From the NCBI RefSeq assembly GCF_963921235.1, contig NC_086097.1, positions 61,754,001 to 61,818,000 on the forward strand: a DNA stretch of 64,000 nt, in the 5' to 3' direction. Below, one piece after another: positions 38,201-51,069 of the stretch (position 1 is the first letter of the stretch; each line of letters begins with the position of its first letter). The notes beneath the pieces are model-generated. The model was not told the origin of the DNA. It was given only the letters and a program-made list of their open reading frames with translations, and searched no databases. The position numbers and the translations under genes were made by a program. This DNA is from Mobula hypostoma. Lineage: Eukaryota.

Positions 38201-40763
38201 AGGGATCGACATCCGTAAAAGGGTCAGAGATTTCAGCTGTAAAGGCTGCTTTATTTACTAGTTAACAAAAAATAAACAGTGGAAGAGCAGATTAACAGGT
38301 TTAAGGATAGAAACTCTTTAACAACATTGTGCAGGACTTTGCTTTCAGAATCTGTAATGTATGGATGTATTTCTTTTAGAGCAATGACCCCCCACCTTAG
38401 TACTTTGTATTGATCTGTTGTCTGCGCATGTACATTGTTCTCTCTCTCTTGCTGCAATGTGAATACACCAGTTAAAGCCACTTCCTGTGAGCCATGCTTT
38501 TATTTAGTGATACGTAGTTGTGCACAGACACAACAAATTGGCGACAAGTACGGACTCGAATGTCAGGAAATAATATGAACTGCACCGATAGTTACAGGAT
38601 GAAACAGCTCAGTAACAGAGAAAGGCACACTGAATTTAAAGTGAAAATAACGTGGCAATGGCTTCAGTCGGGAAAGTTGACAAATTTGATAGCACTAATG
38701 AAGGCTGAGAGTCGTATATCGAGAGGGTTGAACTGTACTGTAACATGAACAATGTGGAGGAGCAAAAGGAAACTCCTATGCTTCTTTGCTTAATGGTGCA
38801 AAGATGTAAAGTCTCTCACACAACTTAGTGACCCCTGAAAAGCCAGCAAGCAAGATGTTCAATGAAATTTTCACCTAAATCCTAAATCCCTAGCAATAGT
38901 TGAGAGACCTAGATTTTATAAAAGGAACCAGTCAAAAGATGAAAGCATTTCTGAACACATTGCAGAATTGTGCAAACTTTCCCAGTACTGTGACTTTAGA
39001 GATAGACTTTTCGATGCATTAAGGGACAGGCTTGTATGTGACATGAACAGTCAAAGCACTCAAAAGATGCTAATATCTGAAAGAAACCTAATCATAGAAC
39101 AAGAATTGACTAATACAGTTAGAGACTGCAGCAAAGGATGCAACAGAACTACAGAAATGGAGGCTAGAATGCGAAATGCACAAAATGACCCTGAAAAGTG
39201 CAAAAAAGCCAAAGGTGTTAAAAATGAGGCAAGAGGCAAATCCTCCCATGATGCAAATGACTTGGTTCAAAGAAAAAGTCACAGACAATGTAACATAGAG
39301 CGACAAAGAGCACAGCTGAATGAAAAGTCTCAAACACAAAACTAAGCAAATGCATGAAGTTACTGAATGTAGAACAGAATCAGACAACATAGAGATGGGA
39401 AAGGTAAATTGACATCCCTAGGACTGTAGAGTATTACTGAAGTAGATCACAAAATCATCTGGCTCACAATAGACATGTCTGGTGTAAAACTGAGCATAGC
39501 ACTGGATACAGGGTCAGCTTTGTCCACGATTCTAGAGTCTGACAACAGAATGTTTCCTAAGATACCATTAGAGAAGACCTCTGTGATGCTAAGGACTTAA
39601 ATGTAAACTGAAAATAAATGTGACTATGGAGGCCGAACACTGAAGTTAGAGATTTATGTACTGAAAAGTGGAGGGTCAGCACTTTTCGGACATGAATGGT
39701 AGAGAAAATTCCAACTAGACTGCCACTAAATCAGCAGGCAACGCCAGTCCAAATGGTAGCACTAACCAGAGACTGGTGCAGCTGCTTAATGCTAATGAGA
39801 AAGTGTTTGAGAAGGGAAATGATAAACTCAAAGACATGAAGGCCAGAATTGAACAGGATGAAACCGCAACACCAAGATTCCACAAAACACATCTAGTGCC
39901 TTATGCATTATGTACTAAAGTGGACGCTGAACTACAGAGCTTGGAGGCATCTGGAATTCTCTCTAAGGTTGAGTGGAAGGATTGGGCCATGCCTGTTATC
40001 CAGGTGATCAATGGCTGGAGCCACTGGCAAATATGGAAATTCCAAGTTGAGCATCAACCTTGTGCTGCGTACTGTGCCGTATCCCCTGTCAAAAAAAGAA
40101 GACAATTTTGCATCTTTGGAAGAGGGTTTCAAAGGAGTCAAGCAAGGAGTTCCTCACAAACAACACATGCAAAGGGCTGTTCCGGTACAATCATCTCATC
40201 TTTGGCATCACATCAGCTTCAGCAATTTGGCAAACAGCAATAGACCAAGGGCTTTAAGATCTCCCAAGAACACAATATTACCTTGATGACAAAAAAAAGG
40301 ACAGAAATCCTGCTTCGGGTTTAATTCGGAGAAGGAAGTCTGAGAATCGGAGCAGGAGTGCGAATGAAGCCATTTTTGAATTTTTCGGGTTTTTTTTCCA
40401 TCGGCGTTCAGAGAGGCGGGACTGCGAAGATGTGTGACATCGGGCAGTGAAGCGCAGAAGATTTAAAAGGAAGAGAGTCTTATACAGCGGGCTGTAGAGT
40501 GAGCCGGGAGCAGAGTGAAGGCTTAAGGGCTTCGGCTCAACGGGCTTAGGCGGAAACGGGCGAGGCGAGGAAGGTTTGGTATTCATTTTTTGTTGTTATT
40601 GGAGGAGAGGGGAAGTATGAGTGTGAAGGCAGTTTGTTGTTCTCGATGCCTCCCGAACATCCACAGCTGCGCCAAGTGCACCGAGATGCAGCTCCTAAGG
40701 GACCGCGTTAGGGAACTGGAGCTGTAGCTCGATGACCTTCGTCTGGTCAGGGAGAGTGAGGAG

Positions 40764-41501
40764 GTGATAGAGAGGAGTTACAGGCAGGTGGTCACACCGG
40801 GGCCATGGGAGGCAGACCAGTGGGTCACGGTTAGGAGGGGGAAGAGGAAGAGTCAGGTAATAGAGAGTACCCCGGTGGCTGTGCCCCTTGACAATAGGTA
40901 CTCCTGTTTGAGTACTGTTGGGGGGAACAGCTTACCTGGGGTAAACGACAGTAGCCGTGCGTCTGGCATGGAGTCCGGCCCTGTAGCTCAGAAGGGTAGG
41001 GAAAGGAAGAGGAGGGCAGTTGTAATAGTGGACTCGATAGTAAGGGTCTCAGATAGGCGATTCTGTGGACGCAGTCCAGAGACTCGGATGGTAGTTTGCC
41101 TCCCTGGTGCCAGGGTCTGGGATATTTCTGATCGCGTCCAAGATATCCTGAAGTGGGAGGGTGAGGAGACAGAGGTCGTGGTACATATAGGTACCAATGA
41201 CATAGGTAGGAAAAGGGAAGAGGTCCTGAAAGGAGAATATAGGAAGTTAGGAAAGGAGTTGAGAAAAAGGACCGCAAAGGTAGTAATCTCGGGATTACTG
41301 CCTGTGCCACGCGACAGTGAGAGTAGGAATGCGTGGCTGAGGGATTGGAGCAGGGGGCAGGGATTCAAGTTTTTGGATCATTGGGACCCCTTTTGGCACA
41401 GGCGTGACCTGTACAAAAAGGACAGGTTACACTTGAATCCTAGGAGGACCAATATCCTGGCAGGGAGATTTGCGAGGGCTACTGAGGTGACTTTACACTA
41501 G
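40764..41501 (+). CDS. CR1 ORF1 C-terminal part, SGNH/GDSL esterase domain
   Basis: VVIVDSIVR, CLPGA, VVHIGTND and DRLHLN blocks; the N-terminal zinc-finger part upstream is disrupted by a stop. Confidence 0.7.
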   Translation: MIERSYRQVVTPGPWEADQWVTVRRGKRKSQVIESTPVAVPLDNRYSCLSTVGGNSLPGVNDSSRASGMESGPVAQKGRERKRRAVVIVDSIVRVSDRRFCGRSPETRMVVCLPGARVWDISDRVQDILKWEGEETEVVVHIGTNDIGRKREEVLKGEYRKLGKELRKRTAKVVISGLLPVPRDSESRNAWLRDWSRGQGFKFLDHWDPFWHRRDLYKKDRLHLNPRRTNILAGRFARATEVTLH

Positions 41502-43815
41502 AATGGTTGGGGGGTGGGAATCAAATTAAAGAGACTAGGAGAGAGGAGGTTATTTCACAACAGGGGGATGGGAACAAGTGCAGAGAGACAGAGGGGTGTA
41601 AAATGAGGATAGAAGCAAAAAGTAGTAAGGTGAAAAGTAAAAGTGGCAGGCCAGCAAATCCAGGGCAAAAATCAAAAAGGGGCACTTTTCAACATAATTG
41701 TATAAGGGCTAAGAGTGTTGCAAAAGCGAGCCTGAAGGCTTTGTGTGACAATGCAAGGAGCATTCGTAACAAGGTGGATGAATTAAAAGTGCAGATTGTT
41801 ATTAATGAATATGAAATAGTTGGGATCACAGAGACATGGTTCCAGGGTGACCAAGGATGGGAGCTCAACATTCAGGGATATTCAAGATTCAGGAGGGATA
41901 GACATGAAAGAAAAGGAGATGGGGTAGCATTGCTGGTTAGAGAGGAGATTAGCACAATAGAAAGGAAGGACATTAGCCAGGAGGATGTGGAGTCGATATG
42001 GGTAGAGCTGCATAACACTAAGGGGCAGAAAACGCTGGTGGGAGTTGTGTACAGGCCACCGAACAGTAGTAGTGAGGTTGGGGGTGGTATTAAACAGGAA
42101 ATTGGAAATGCGTGCAATAAAGGAACAGCAGTTATAATGGGTGACTTCAATCTACATATAGATTGGGTGAAACAAATTGATAAGTGTGCTGAGGAAGAGG
42201 ATTTCTTGGAATGTATGCGGGATGGTTTTTTTGAACCAACATGTTGAAGAACCAACTGGAGAGCAGGCTATTCTAGACTGGGTATTGAGCAATGAGGAAG
42301 GGTTAATTAGCAATCTTGTCGTGAGAGGCCCTTTGGGTAAGAGTGACCATAATATGGTGGAATTCTTCATTAAGGCGGAAAGTGACATAGTTAATTCAGA
42401 AACAACGGTTCTGAACCTAAAGAAGGGTAACTTTGAAGGTATGAGACGTGAATTAGCTAAGATAGACTGGCAAATGACACTTAAAGGGTTGATGGTGGAT
42501 ATGCAATGGCAAGCATTTAAAGATCGCATGGATGAAATACAACAATTGTTTATCCCAGTTTGGCAAACTAGAATAAATCAGGGAAGGTAGTGCACCCGTG
42601 GATGACAAAGGAAATTAGGGATAATATCAATTCCAAAGAAGAAGCATACAAATTAGCCAGAAAAAGTGGCTCACCTGAGGACTGGGAGAAATTCAGAGTC
42701 CAGCAGAGGAGGACAAAGGGCTTAATTAGGAAGGGGAGAAAAGGTTATGAGAGAAAACTGGCAGGGAACATAAAAACTGACTGTAAAAGCTTTTATAGAT
42801 ATGTAAAAAGGAAAAGACTGGTAAAGACAAATGTAGGTCCCCTGCAGACAGAAACAGGTGAATTGATTATGGGGAGCAAGGACATGGCAGACCAATTGAA
42901 TAATTACTTTGGTTCTGTCTTCACTAAGGAGGACATAAATAATCTTCTGGAAATAGTAGGGGACAGAGGGTCCAGTGACATGGAGGAACTGAGTGAAATA
43001 CATGTTAGTAGGGAAGTGGTGTTAGGTAAATTGAAGGGATTAAAGGCAGATAAATCCCCAGGGCCAGATGGTCTGCATCCCAGAGTGCTTAAGGAAGTAG
43101 CCCAAGAAATAGTGGATGCATTAGTGATAATTTTTCAAAACTCTTTAGATTCTGGACTAGTTCCTGAGGATTGGAGGGTGGCTAATGTAACCCCACTTTT
43201 TAAAAAAGGAGGGAGAGAGAAACCGGGGGATGATAGACTGGTTAGCCTAACTTCAGTGGTGGGGAAAATGCTAGAGTCAGTTATCAAAGATGTGATAACA
43301 GCACATTGGAAAGCGGTGAAATCATTCGACAAAGTCAGCATGGATTTGTGAAAGGAAAATCATGTCTGACGAATTTTATGAGGATGTAACTAGTAGAGTG
43401 GATGAGGGAGAACCAGTGGATGTGGTATATTTGGATTTTCAAAAGGCTTTTGACAAGGTCCCACACAGGAGATGAGTGTGCAAACTTAAAGCACATGTTA
43501 TTTGGGGTAAGGTATTGATATGGATAGAGAATTGGTTGGCAGACAGGAAGCAAAGTGTGGGAATAAATGGGACCTTTTCAGAATGGCAGGCAGTGACTAG
43601 TGGGGTACCGCAAGGCTCAGTGCTGGGACCCCAGTTGTTTACAATATATACTTATGACTTAGACGAGGGAATTAAATGCAGCATCTCCAAGTTTGCGGAT
43701 GACATGAAGCTGGGCGGCAGTGTTAGCTGTGAGGAGGATGCTAAGAGGATGCAGGCTGACTTGGATAAGTTAGGTGAGTGGGCAAATGCATGGCAGATGC
43801 AATTTAATGTGGATA

Positions 43816-45312
43816 ACATAGAAACATAGAAACATAGAAAATAGGTGCAGGAGTAGGCCATTCGGCCCTTCGAGCCTGCACCGCCATTTATTATGATCAT
43901 GGCTGATCATCCAACTCAGAACCCAGCCTTCCCTCCATACCCCCTGACCCCTGTAGCCACAAGGGCCATATCTAACTTCCTTTTAAACATAGCTAATGAA
44001 CTGGCCTCAACAGTTTGCTGTGGCAGAGAATTCCACAGATTCACCACTCTCTGTGTGAAGAAGTTTTTCCTAACCTCGGTCCTAAAAGGCTTCCCCTCTA
44101 TCCTCAAACTGTGACCCCTCGTTCTAGACCTCCCCAACATCGGGAACAATCTTCCTGCATCTAGCCTGTCCAATCCCTTTAGGATCTTATACGTTTCAAT
44201 CAGATCCCCCCTCAATCTTCTAAATTCCAACGAGTACAAGCCCAGTTCATCCAGTCTTTCTTCATATGAAAGACCTGCCATCCCAGGAATCAATCTGGTG
44301 AACCTTCTTTGTACTCCCTCTATGGCAAAGATGTCTTTCCTCAGATTAGGGGACCAAAACTGCACACAATACTCCAGGTGTGGTCTCACCAAGGCCTTGT
44401 ACAACTGCAGTAGTACCTCCCTGCTCCTGTACTCGAATCCTCTCGCTATAAATGCCAGCATACCGTTCGCCTTTTTCACCGCCTGCTGTACCTGCATGCC
44501 CACTTTCAATGACTGGTGTATAATGACACCCAGGTCTCGTTGCACCTCCCCTTTTCCTAATCGGCCACCATTCAGATAATAATCTGTTTTCCTATTTTTG
44601 CCACCAAAGTGGATAACTTCACATTTATCCACATTAAATTGCATCTGCCATGAGTTTGCCCACTCACCCAACCTATCCAAGTCACCCTGCATCCTCTTAG
44701 CATCCTCCTCACTGCTAACACTGCCACCCAGCTTCGTGTCATCCGCAAACTTGGAGATGCTGCATTTAATTCCCTCATCCAAGTCATTAATATATATTGT
44801 AAACAACTGGGGTCCCAGCACTGAGCCTTGCGGTACCCCACTAGTCACCGCCTGCCATTCTGAAAAGGTCCCGTTTATTCCCACTCTTTGCTTCCTGTCT
44901 GCTAACCAATTCTCCACCCACACCAATACCTTACCCCCAATACCGTGTGCTTTAAGTTTGCACACTAATCTCCTATGTGGGACCTTGTCAAAAGCCTTTT
45001 GAAAATCCAAATATACCACATCCACTGGTTCTCCCCTATCCACTCTACTAGTTACATCCTCAAAAAATTCTATGAGATTCGTCAGACATGATTTTCCTTT
45101 CACAAATCCATGCTGACTTTGTCCGATCATTTCACCGCTTTCCAAATGTGCTGTTATCACATCCTTGATAACTGACTCCAGCAGTTTCCCCACCACCGAC
45201 GTTAGGCTAACCGGCCTATAATTCCCCGGTTTCTCTCTCCCTCCTTTTTTAAAAAGTGGGGTTACATTAGCCACCCTCCAATCCTCAGGAACTAGTCCAG
45301 AATCTAACGAGT
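43816..45312 (-). mobile_element. Young 5'-truncated CR1 inserted antisense into copy A of the same family
   Basis: Reversed (TTTCTATG)n tail at 43816; host sequence ...gtggataa | gtgaggttatccac... rejoins across it. Confidence 0.93.
43916..45274 (-). CDS. Open CR1 ORF2 fragment: reverse transcriptase domain and C-terminus (452 aa, no APE)
   Basis: [38 protein letters not shown]; no stops. Confidence 0.8.
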   Translation of the reverse strand: MANVTPLFKKGGREKPGNYRPVSLTSVVGKLLESVIKDVITAHLESGEMIGQSQHGFVKGKSCLTNLIEFFEDVTSRVDRGEPVDVVYLDFQKAFDKVPHRRLVCKLKAHGIGGKVLVWVENWLADRKQRVGINGTFSEWQAVTSGVPQGSVLGPQLFTIYINDLDEGIKCSISKFADDTKLGGSVSSEEDAKRMQGDLDRLGEWANSWQMQFNVDKCEVIHFGGKNRKTDYYLNGGRLGKGEVQRDLGVIIHQSLKVGMQVQQAVKKANGMLAFIARGFEYRSREVLLQLYKALVRPHLEYCVQFWSPNLRKDIFAIEGVQRRFTRLIPGMAGLSYEERLDELGLYSLEFRRLRGDLIETYKILKGLDRLDAGRLFPMLGRSRTRGHSLRIEGKPFRTEVRKNFFTQRVVNLWNSLPQQTVEASSLAMFKRKLDMALVATGVRGYGGKAGF

Positions 45313-46860
45313 GAGGTTATCCACTTTGGTGGCAAAAACAGGAAAACAGATTATTATCTGAATGGTGGCCGATTAGGAAAAGGGGAGGTGCAACGAGACC
45401 TGGGTGTCATTATACACCAGTCATTGAAAGTGGGCATGCAGGTACAGCAGGTGGTAAAAAAGGCGAATGATATGCTGGCATTCATAGCAAGAGGATTCGA
45501 GTACAGGAGCAGGGAGGTACTACTGCAGTTGTACAAGGCCTTGGTGAGACCACACCTGGAGTTTTGTTAGCAGTTTTGGTCCCCTAATCTGAGGAAAGAC
45601 ATCCTTGCCATAGATGGAGTACAAAGAAGGTTCACCAGATTGATTCCTGGGATGGCAGGACTTCAAATGATGAAAGACTGGATCGACTAGGCTTATACTC
45701 GTTGGAATTTAGAAGATTGAGGGGCGATCTTATTGAAACGTATAAAATCCTAAAGGGATTGGACAGGCTAGATGCAGGAAGATTGTTCCTGATGTTGGGG
45801 AAGTCCAGAACGAGGGGACACAGTTGGAGGATAAAGGGGAAGCTTTTTAGGACCGAGATCAGGAAAAACTTCTTCACACAGAGAGTGGTGAATCTGTTGA
45901 ATTCTCTGCCACAGGAAACAGTTGAGGCCAGTTCATTGGCTATATTTAAGAGGGAGTTAGATATGGCCCTTGTGGCTAAAGGGATCAAGGGGTATGGAGG
46001 GAAGGCAGGTACGGGGTTCTGAGTTGGATGATCAGCCATGATCGTACTGAATGGCGGTGCAGGCTCGAAGGGCCGAATGGCCTACTCCTACACCTATTTT
46101 CTATGTTTCTATGTTTCTATCATGACTGACAAGAATGATGAAGAGGATCTCCAGTACCTTGCTAAAGTGCTTACCAGACTGAGTGAGTATGGTCTGCGTG
46201 CAACGAGAGAGAAATGTGAGTTTTTCTAGAACAAAATTTCATATCATGGTCATGCCATTGACAAGCATGGCTTACGTAAGACACAAGAATACTGAAGCAG
46301 TGCTACAGGCAACCAAACTGGAAAATGTGTCACAACTCAGGACACACTTGGGCTTGTAAACTACTACCACAGGTTTCTCCCAAACTTTTCTACACTGTCG
46401 CATCCATTGAATGCACTGTTACAGACAGGAGCAAAGTGTCAAAGGTCAGAAAGATGTGAAAGAGCATTCAAGGAAACAAAGAGACTAAAAACATCTGATG
46501 AACGGCTCACCCATTATGACCCATCCATGCCCATCAGACTGCCGTGCGATACGTCCCCTTACGGCTTTGGAGCTATTTGTCACACATTGCGAAAGATGGA
46601 TCTGAATGCCCTATTGCGTTTTCTTCAAGATCACTGGTAATAAAGATGTTCCACCACCTCCTCTAGGGGCAAAAGTTTACACTTGTAACAGGTCAACAAC
46701 CCCTTGTGTCCATCTTCAATCTTAAGGGATTTCCAGTGATGCCTGCTACCTGGTTACAAGGTTGGGAACTGTTCCTAGGAGCCCACTCTTATGACTTAGA
46801 GTTCAAGGGTACCAAACCACACAGCAATGCTGATAGCTTGTCTCGTATTGCACTATTGGC

Positions 46861-49800
46861 ATCGAGGAACGACTGTGCAGGCGCGTGGACATCAGTGAGT
46901 TAGACCGACGGGAGGAGTATAAAAACAGATCATTTTTCCTCTGGCGGTTTGATCGAGGAACGACTGTGCAGGTGTGTGGACATCAGTGAGTTAGACCGCG
47001 GGAAGAGTTTAAAGTGAAGACAGCTTTATAGAGTGGGAGTCAGAGGAACAAGCAATGGAGTAGAGGTAGACAGAGTAGGAGGGCTTTGGCTCAACGAGGC
47101 TTCGGCAATAACAGGTCAAGGCGAAGTACGTTACTTGTGTAGAATAGAAACTGGAAGTATGTCTGTGAGGCCGGTGTTCTGTACTGGGTGTCAGATGTGG
47201 GAAGTCCGGGAGACTCCCAGGAGGCCACATCTGCACCAGGTGCATCGAGCTGTAGCTCCTTAGGGACCGTGTTAGGGAACTGGAGTTGCAGCTCGATGAC
47301 CTTCGTCTGGTCAGGGAAAGTGAGGAGTTGATAAAGAGGAACTATAGGCAAGTAGTCACACCATGGCCTCGGGAGACAGATCAGTGGGTACCAGTGAGGA
47401 GAGGGAAGGGCAAGGGTCAGGTACTAGAGAGTACCCCTGTGGCTGACCCCTTAACAATAAGTACTCCTGTCTGAATACTGTTGGGGGGGGTGGATGGCCT
47501 ACCTGGAGGAAGCAACAGTGGCCATGCCTCTGGCACAAAGTCTAGCTCTGTGGCTCAAAAGGGTAGGGAAAGGAAGAAGGCAGCAGTAATAGGGGACTCT
47601 ATAGTTAGGGGGTCAGACAGGCGATTCTGTGGACGCAGGAAAGAAATACCGATGTTGTTTGCTTCCCAGGTGCCAGGGTCTGGGATATTTCTGATCGTGT
47701 CCTCAATATCCTGAAGTGGGAAAGTGAACAGCCAGGGCTCGTGGTCCATATTGGTACCAATGACATAGGTAGGAAAAAGGAGGAGGTCTTGAAAACAAAC
47801 TACAAGGAGTTAGGAAGGAAGTTGAGAATCAGGACCTCAAAGGTAGTAATCTCGGGATTACTGCCTGTGCCACGTGATAGTGAGTATAGGAATAGAGTGA
47901 GGTGGAGGAGAAATGCATGGCTGAGGGATTGGAGCAGGGGACAGGGTTTCAGATTTCTGGATCATTGGGACCTCTTTTGGTGCAGGTGTGACCTGTGCTA
48001 AAAGGACAGGTTGCACTTGAATCCAAGGGGGACCAATATCCTGGCTGGGAGGTTCGCTAATGCTTTTGGGGAGAGTTTAAACTAGAATTGCTGGGAGGTG
48101 GGAACTGAACTGAAGAGATGGAGGAAAGTGCTGTTGGCTCACAAATAGAGAAAGCTTGGAGACAGTGCAAGATAGAGGATAGGCAGGTGATACAGAAGGG
48201 ATGTGCTCAGACCGATGGTTTGAGATGTGTCTATTTTAATGCAAGAGGCATCATGAACAAAGCAGATGAGCTTAGAGTGTGGATCAGTACTTGGAGCTAT
48301 GATGTTGTGGCCATTAGAGAGACTTGGATGGCTCAGGTACAAGAATGGTTACTTAGAGTGCCAGGCTTTAGATGTTTCAGAAAGGATAGGGAGGAAGGCA
48401 AACCACTGCTGATCAGATATAGTGTCACGGCTGCAGAAAAGGAGGAAGTCATGGAGGAATGTTCTGCTGAGTCTCTGTGGGTGGAAGTTAGAAACAGAAA
48501 GGAGTCAATAACTCTACTGTTTTTTTTTATATAGACCACCAAATAGTGACAGGGAAAATGACGAGCAGATAGGGAGACAGATTCTGGAAAGGTATAATAA
48601 TAACAGGGTTGTCATGGTGGGGGATTTTAATTTCCCAAATATTGATTGGCATCTCCCTAGAGTAAGGGGTTTAGATGGGGTGGAGTTTTAGGTGTGTTCA
48701 GGAAGGTTTCCTGATACAATACGTAGATAAGCCTACAAGAGGAGAGGCTGTACTTGATCTGGTATTGGGAAATAAACTTGGTCAGCTGTCAGGTCTCTCA
48801 GTGGGAGGGGATTTTGGAGATAGCGATTACAATTCTATATCCATTACCATAGCATTAGAGAGGGATAAGAACTGACAAGTCAGGAAAGTGTTTAATTGGA
48901 GTAAGGGGAAATATGAAGTTATCAGCAGGAACTTGGAAGCATAAATTGGAAACAGATGTTCTCAGGGAAATGTACAGCAGGAATGTGGCAAATGTTCTGG
49001 TGATATTTGCGTGGCATTCTGCATAGGTACGTTCCAATGAGACGGAAAGGACGGTAGGGTACAGGAAACAGGGTGTACAAAGACTGTTGAACATTTAGTC
49101 TAGTCAAGAAAAAAAGAAACGCATATGAAAGGTTGAAAAAACTAGGTAATGATATGAATCTAGAAGATTATAAAGCTAGCAGGAAGGAGCTTAAGAATGA
49201 AATTAGGAGAGCCAGAAGTGGCCATGAGAAAGCCTTGGTGAGCAGGAGTAAGGAAAACCCTAAGGCATTTTACAAGTATGTGAAGAGCAAGAGGATAAGA
49301 CATGAGAGAACAGGACCAATCAAGTGTGACAGTGGAAAAGTGTGTATGGAACTGGAGGAGATAGCAGAGATATTTAATGAATACTTTGCTTCAGTATTCA
49401 CTACATAAAACGATGTTGGCGATTGTAAGGATGACTTGCAGTGGACTGAAAAGCTTGAGCATATAAACATTAAGAAAGAGGATTTGCCGGAGCTTTTGGA
49501 AAGCATCAATTTGGATAAGTCTCCGGACTGGATGAGATGTACCCCAGGCTACTGTGGGAGGCGAGGGAGGAGATTGCTGAGACCTCTGGCAATGATCATC
49601 AATGGGGATGGGAGAGGTTTCAGAGGACCGAAAGGTGGTAGCTGTTGTTCCCTTATTCAAGAAAGTGAGTAGAGATAGCCCAGGAAATTATAGGCCAGTG
49701 AGTCTTACTTCGGTTGGTAAGTTGATAGAAAAGTTCCTGAGAGGCAGGATTTATGAACATTTGGAGAGGCATAATATGCTTAGAAATAGTCTGTATGGCT

Positions 49801-51069
49801 TTGTCAAAGGCAGGTCATACATTGCAAGCTTATTTGAATTTTTTGAGGATGTGGCTAAACACATTGATGAAGGTAGAGCAATAGATGTAGTGTATATGGA
49901 TTTTGGCAAGGCATTTGATAAGGTACCCCATGCAAAGCTTATTGAGAAAGTAAGGAGGCATGAGAGCCAAGGAGACCTTGCTTTATGGATCCAGAATTGG
50001 CTTGCTTACAGAAGACAAAGAGCATTTGTAGACGGATCATATTCTGCATGGAGGTCGGTGACCGGTGGTGTGTCTCAGGGATCTTTTTCTGGGACTCCTT
50101 CTTTTTGTAACTTTTATAAATGACCTGAATGAGGAAGTAGAGGGATGAGTTAGTAAATCTGCTGATGACACAAAGGTTAGGGCTGTTGTGGATAGTGTAG
50201 AGGGCTGTCAGATATTACAATGGGACATTGATAGGATGCAAAACTCGGCTGAGAATTAGCAGATTGAGTTCAACGGAGATAAGTGTGAGTGGTTTATTTT
50301 GGTAGGTCAAATATGATGGCAGAATATAGCGTTAATGGTAAGACTCCTGGCAGTGTGGAAGATCAGAGGGATCTTGGGGTCCAAGTCCATAGAATACTCA
50401 AAGCTGCTGCACAGGTTGACTGTGTGGTTAAGAAGGCATACGGTTCATTAGCCTTTATCAACCATGGGACTGAGTTTAAGAGCCGGGAGGTAATGTTACA
50501 GGTATACAGGACCCTGGTCAGACCCCGCTTGGAGTACCTTGCTCGGTTCTGGTCACCTCACTACAGGAAGGATGTGCAAACTACAGAAAGGGTGCAGAGG
50601 AGATTTACAAGGATGTTGCCTGGATTGGAGAGCATGTCTTATGAGAACAAGTTGAGTGAACTTGGCTTTTTCTCCTTGCAGCGGCAAAGAATAAGCAGAG
50701 ACCTGATAGTGGTGTACAAGATGATGAGAGGCATTGATGGCATGTATAGCCAGAGGCTTTTCCCAGGGCTGAAATGGCTAACACGAGAGGGCACAGTTTT
50801 AAGGTGCTTGGAAGTAGGTACAAAAGAAATGTCAGGGGTAAATTTTTTATGCAGAGTGCTGAGTGTGTGCAATGGGCTGCCGGCAATGGTGGTGGAGGCG
50901 GATATGATAGTGTCTTTTAAGAGACACCTGGATAGGTACATGGAGCTTAGAAAAATGGAGTGTTATGGGTAACCCTAGGTAATTTCTGATGTAAGTACAT
51001 GTTCAGCACAGCATTGTGGACCAAAGGGTCTGTATTGTGATGTAGGTTTTCTATGTTTCTATGTTTCTA
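46861..51069 (+). mobile_element. Full-length decayed CR1 LINE (copy B)
   Basis: Tandem 5' UTR monomers; ORF1 CTGCQMW, VIGDSIVR, HIGTND; APE YFNARGIMNK; RT YMDFGKAFDKV; (TTTCTATG)n tail. Confidence 0.93.

Larger units (their letters stand above)
40291..46120 (+). mobile_element. Full-length CR1 LINE (copy A), disabled by frameshifts, with a nested antisense CR1
   Basis: CpG-rich 5' UTR; ORF1 esterase 40764-41501; APE NARSIRNK, GITETW, GDFN, SDH; RT; (TTTCTATG)n tail. Confidence 0.95.

Noticed and set aside
40831..45002. Numerous antisense ORFs overlapping CR1 sequence
   Set aside because: Shadow frames of retroelement coding sequence with no independent support.
45317..45324. DnaA-box-like TTATCCAC
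   Set aside because: Eukaryotic CR1 coding sequence; coincidental.
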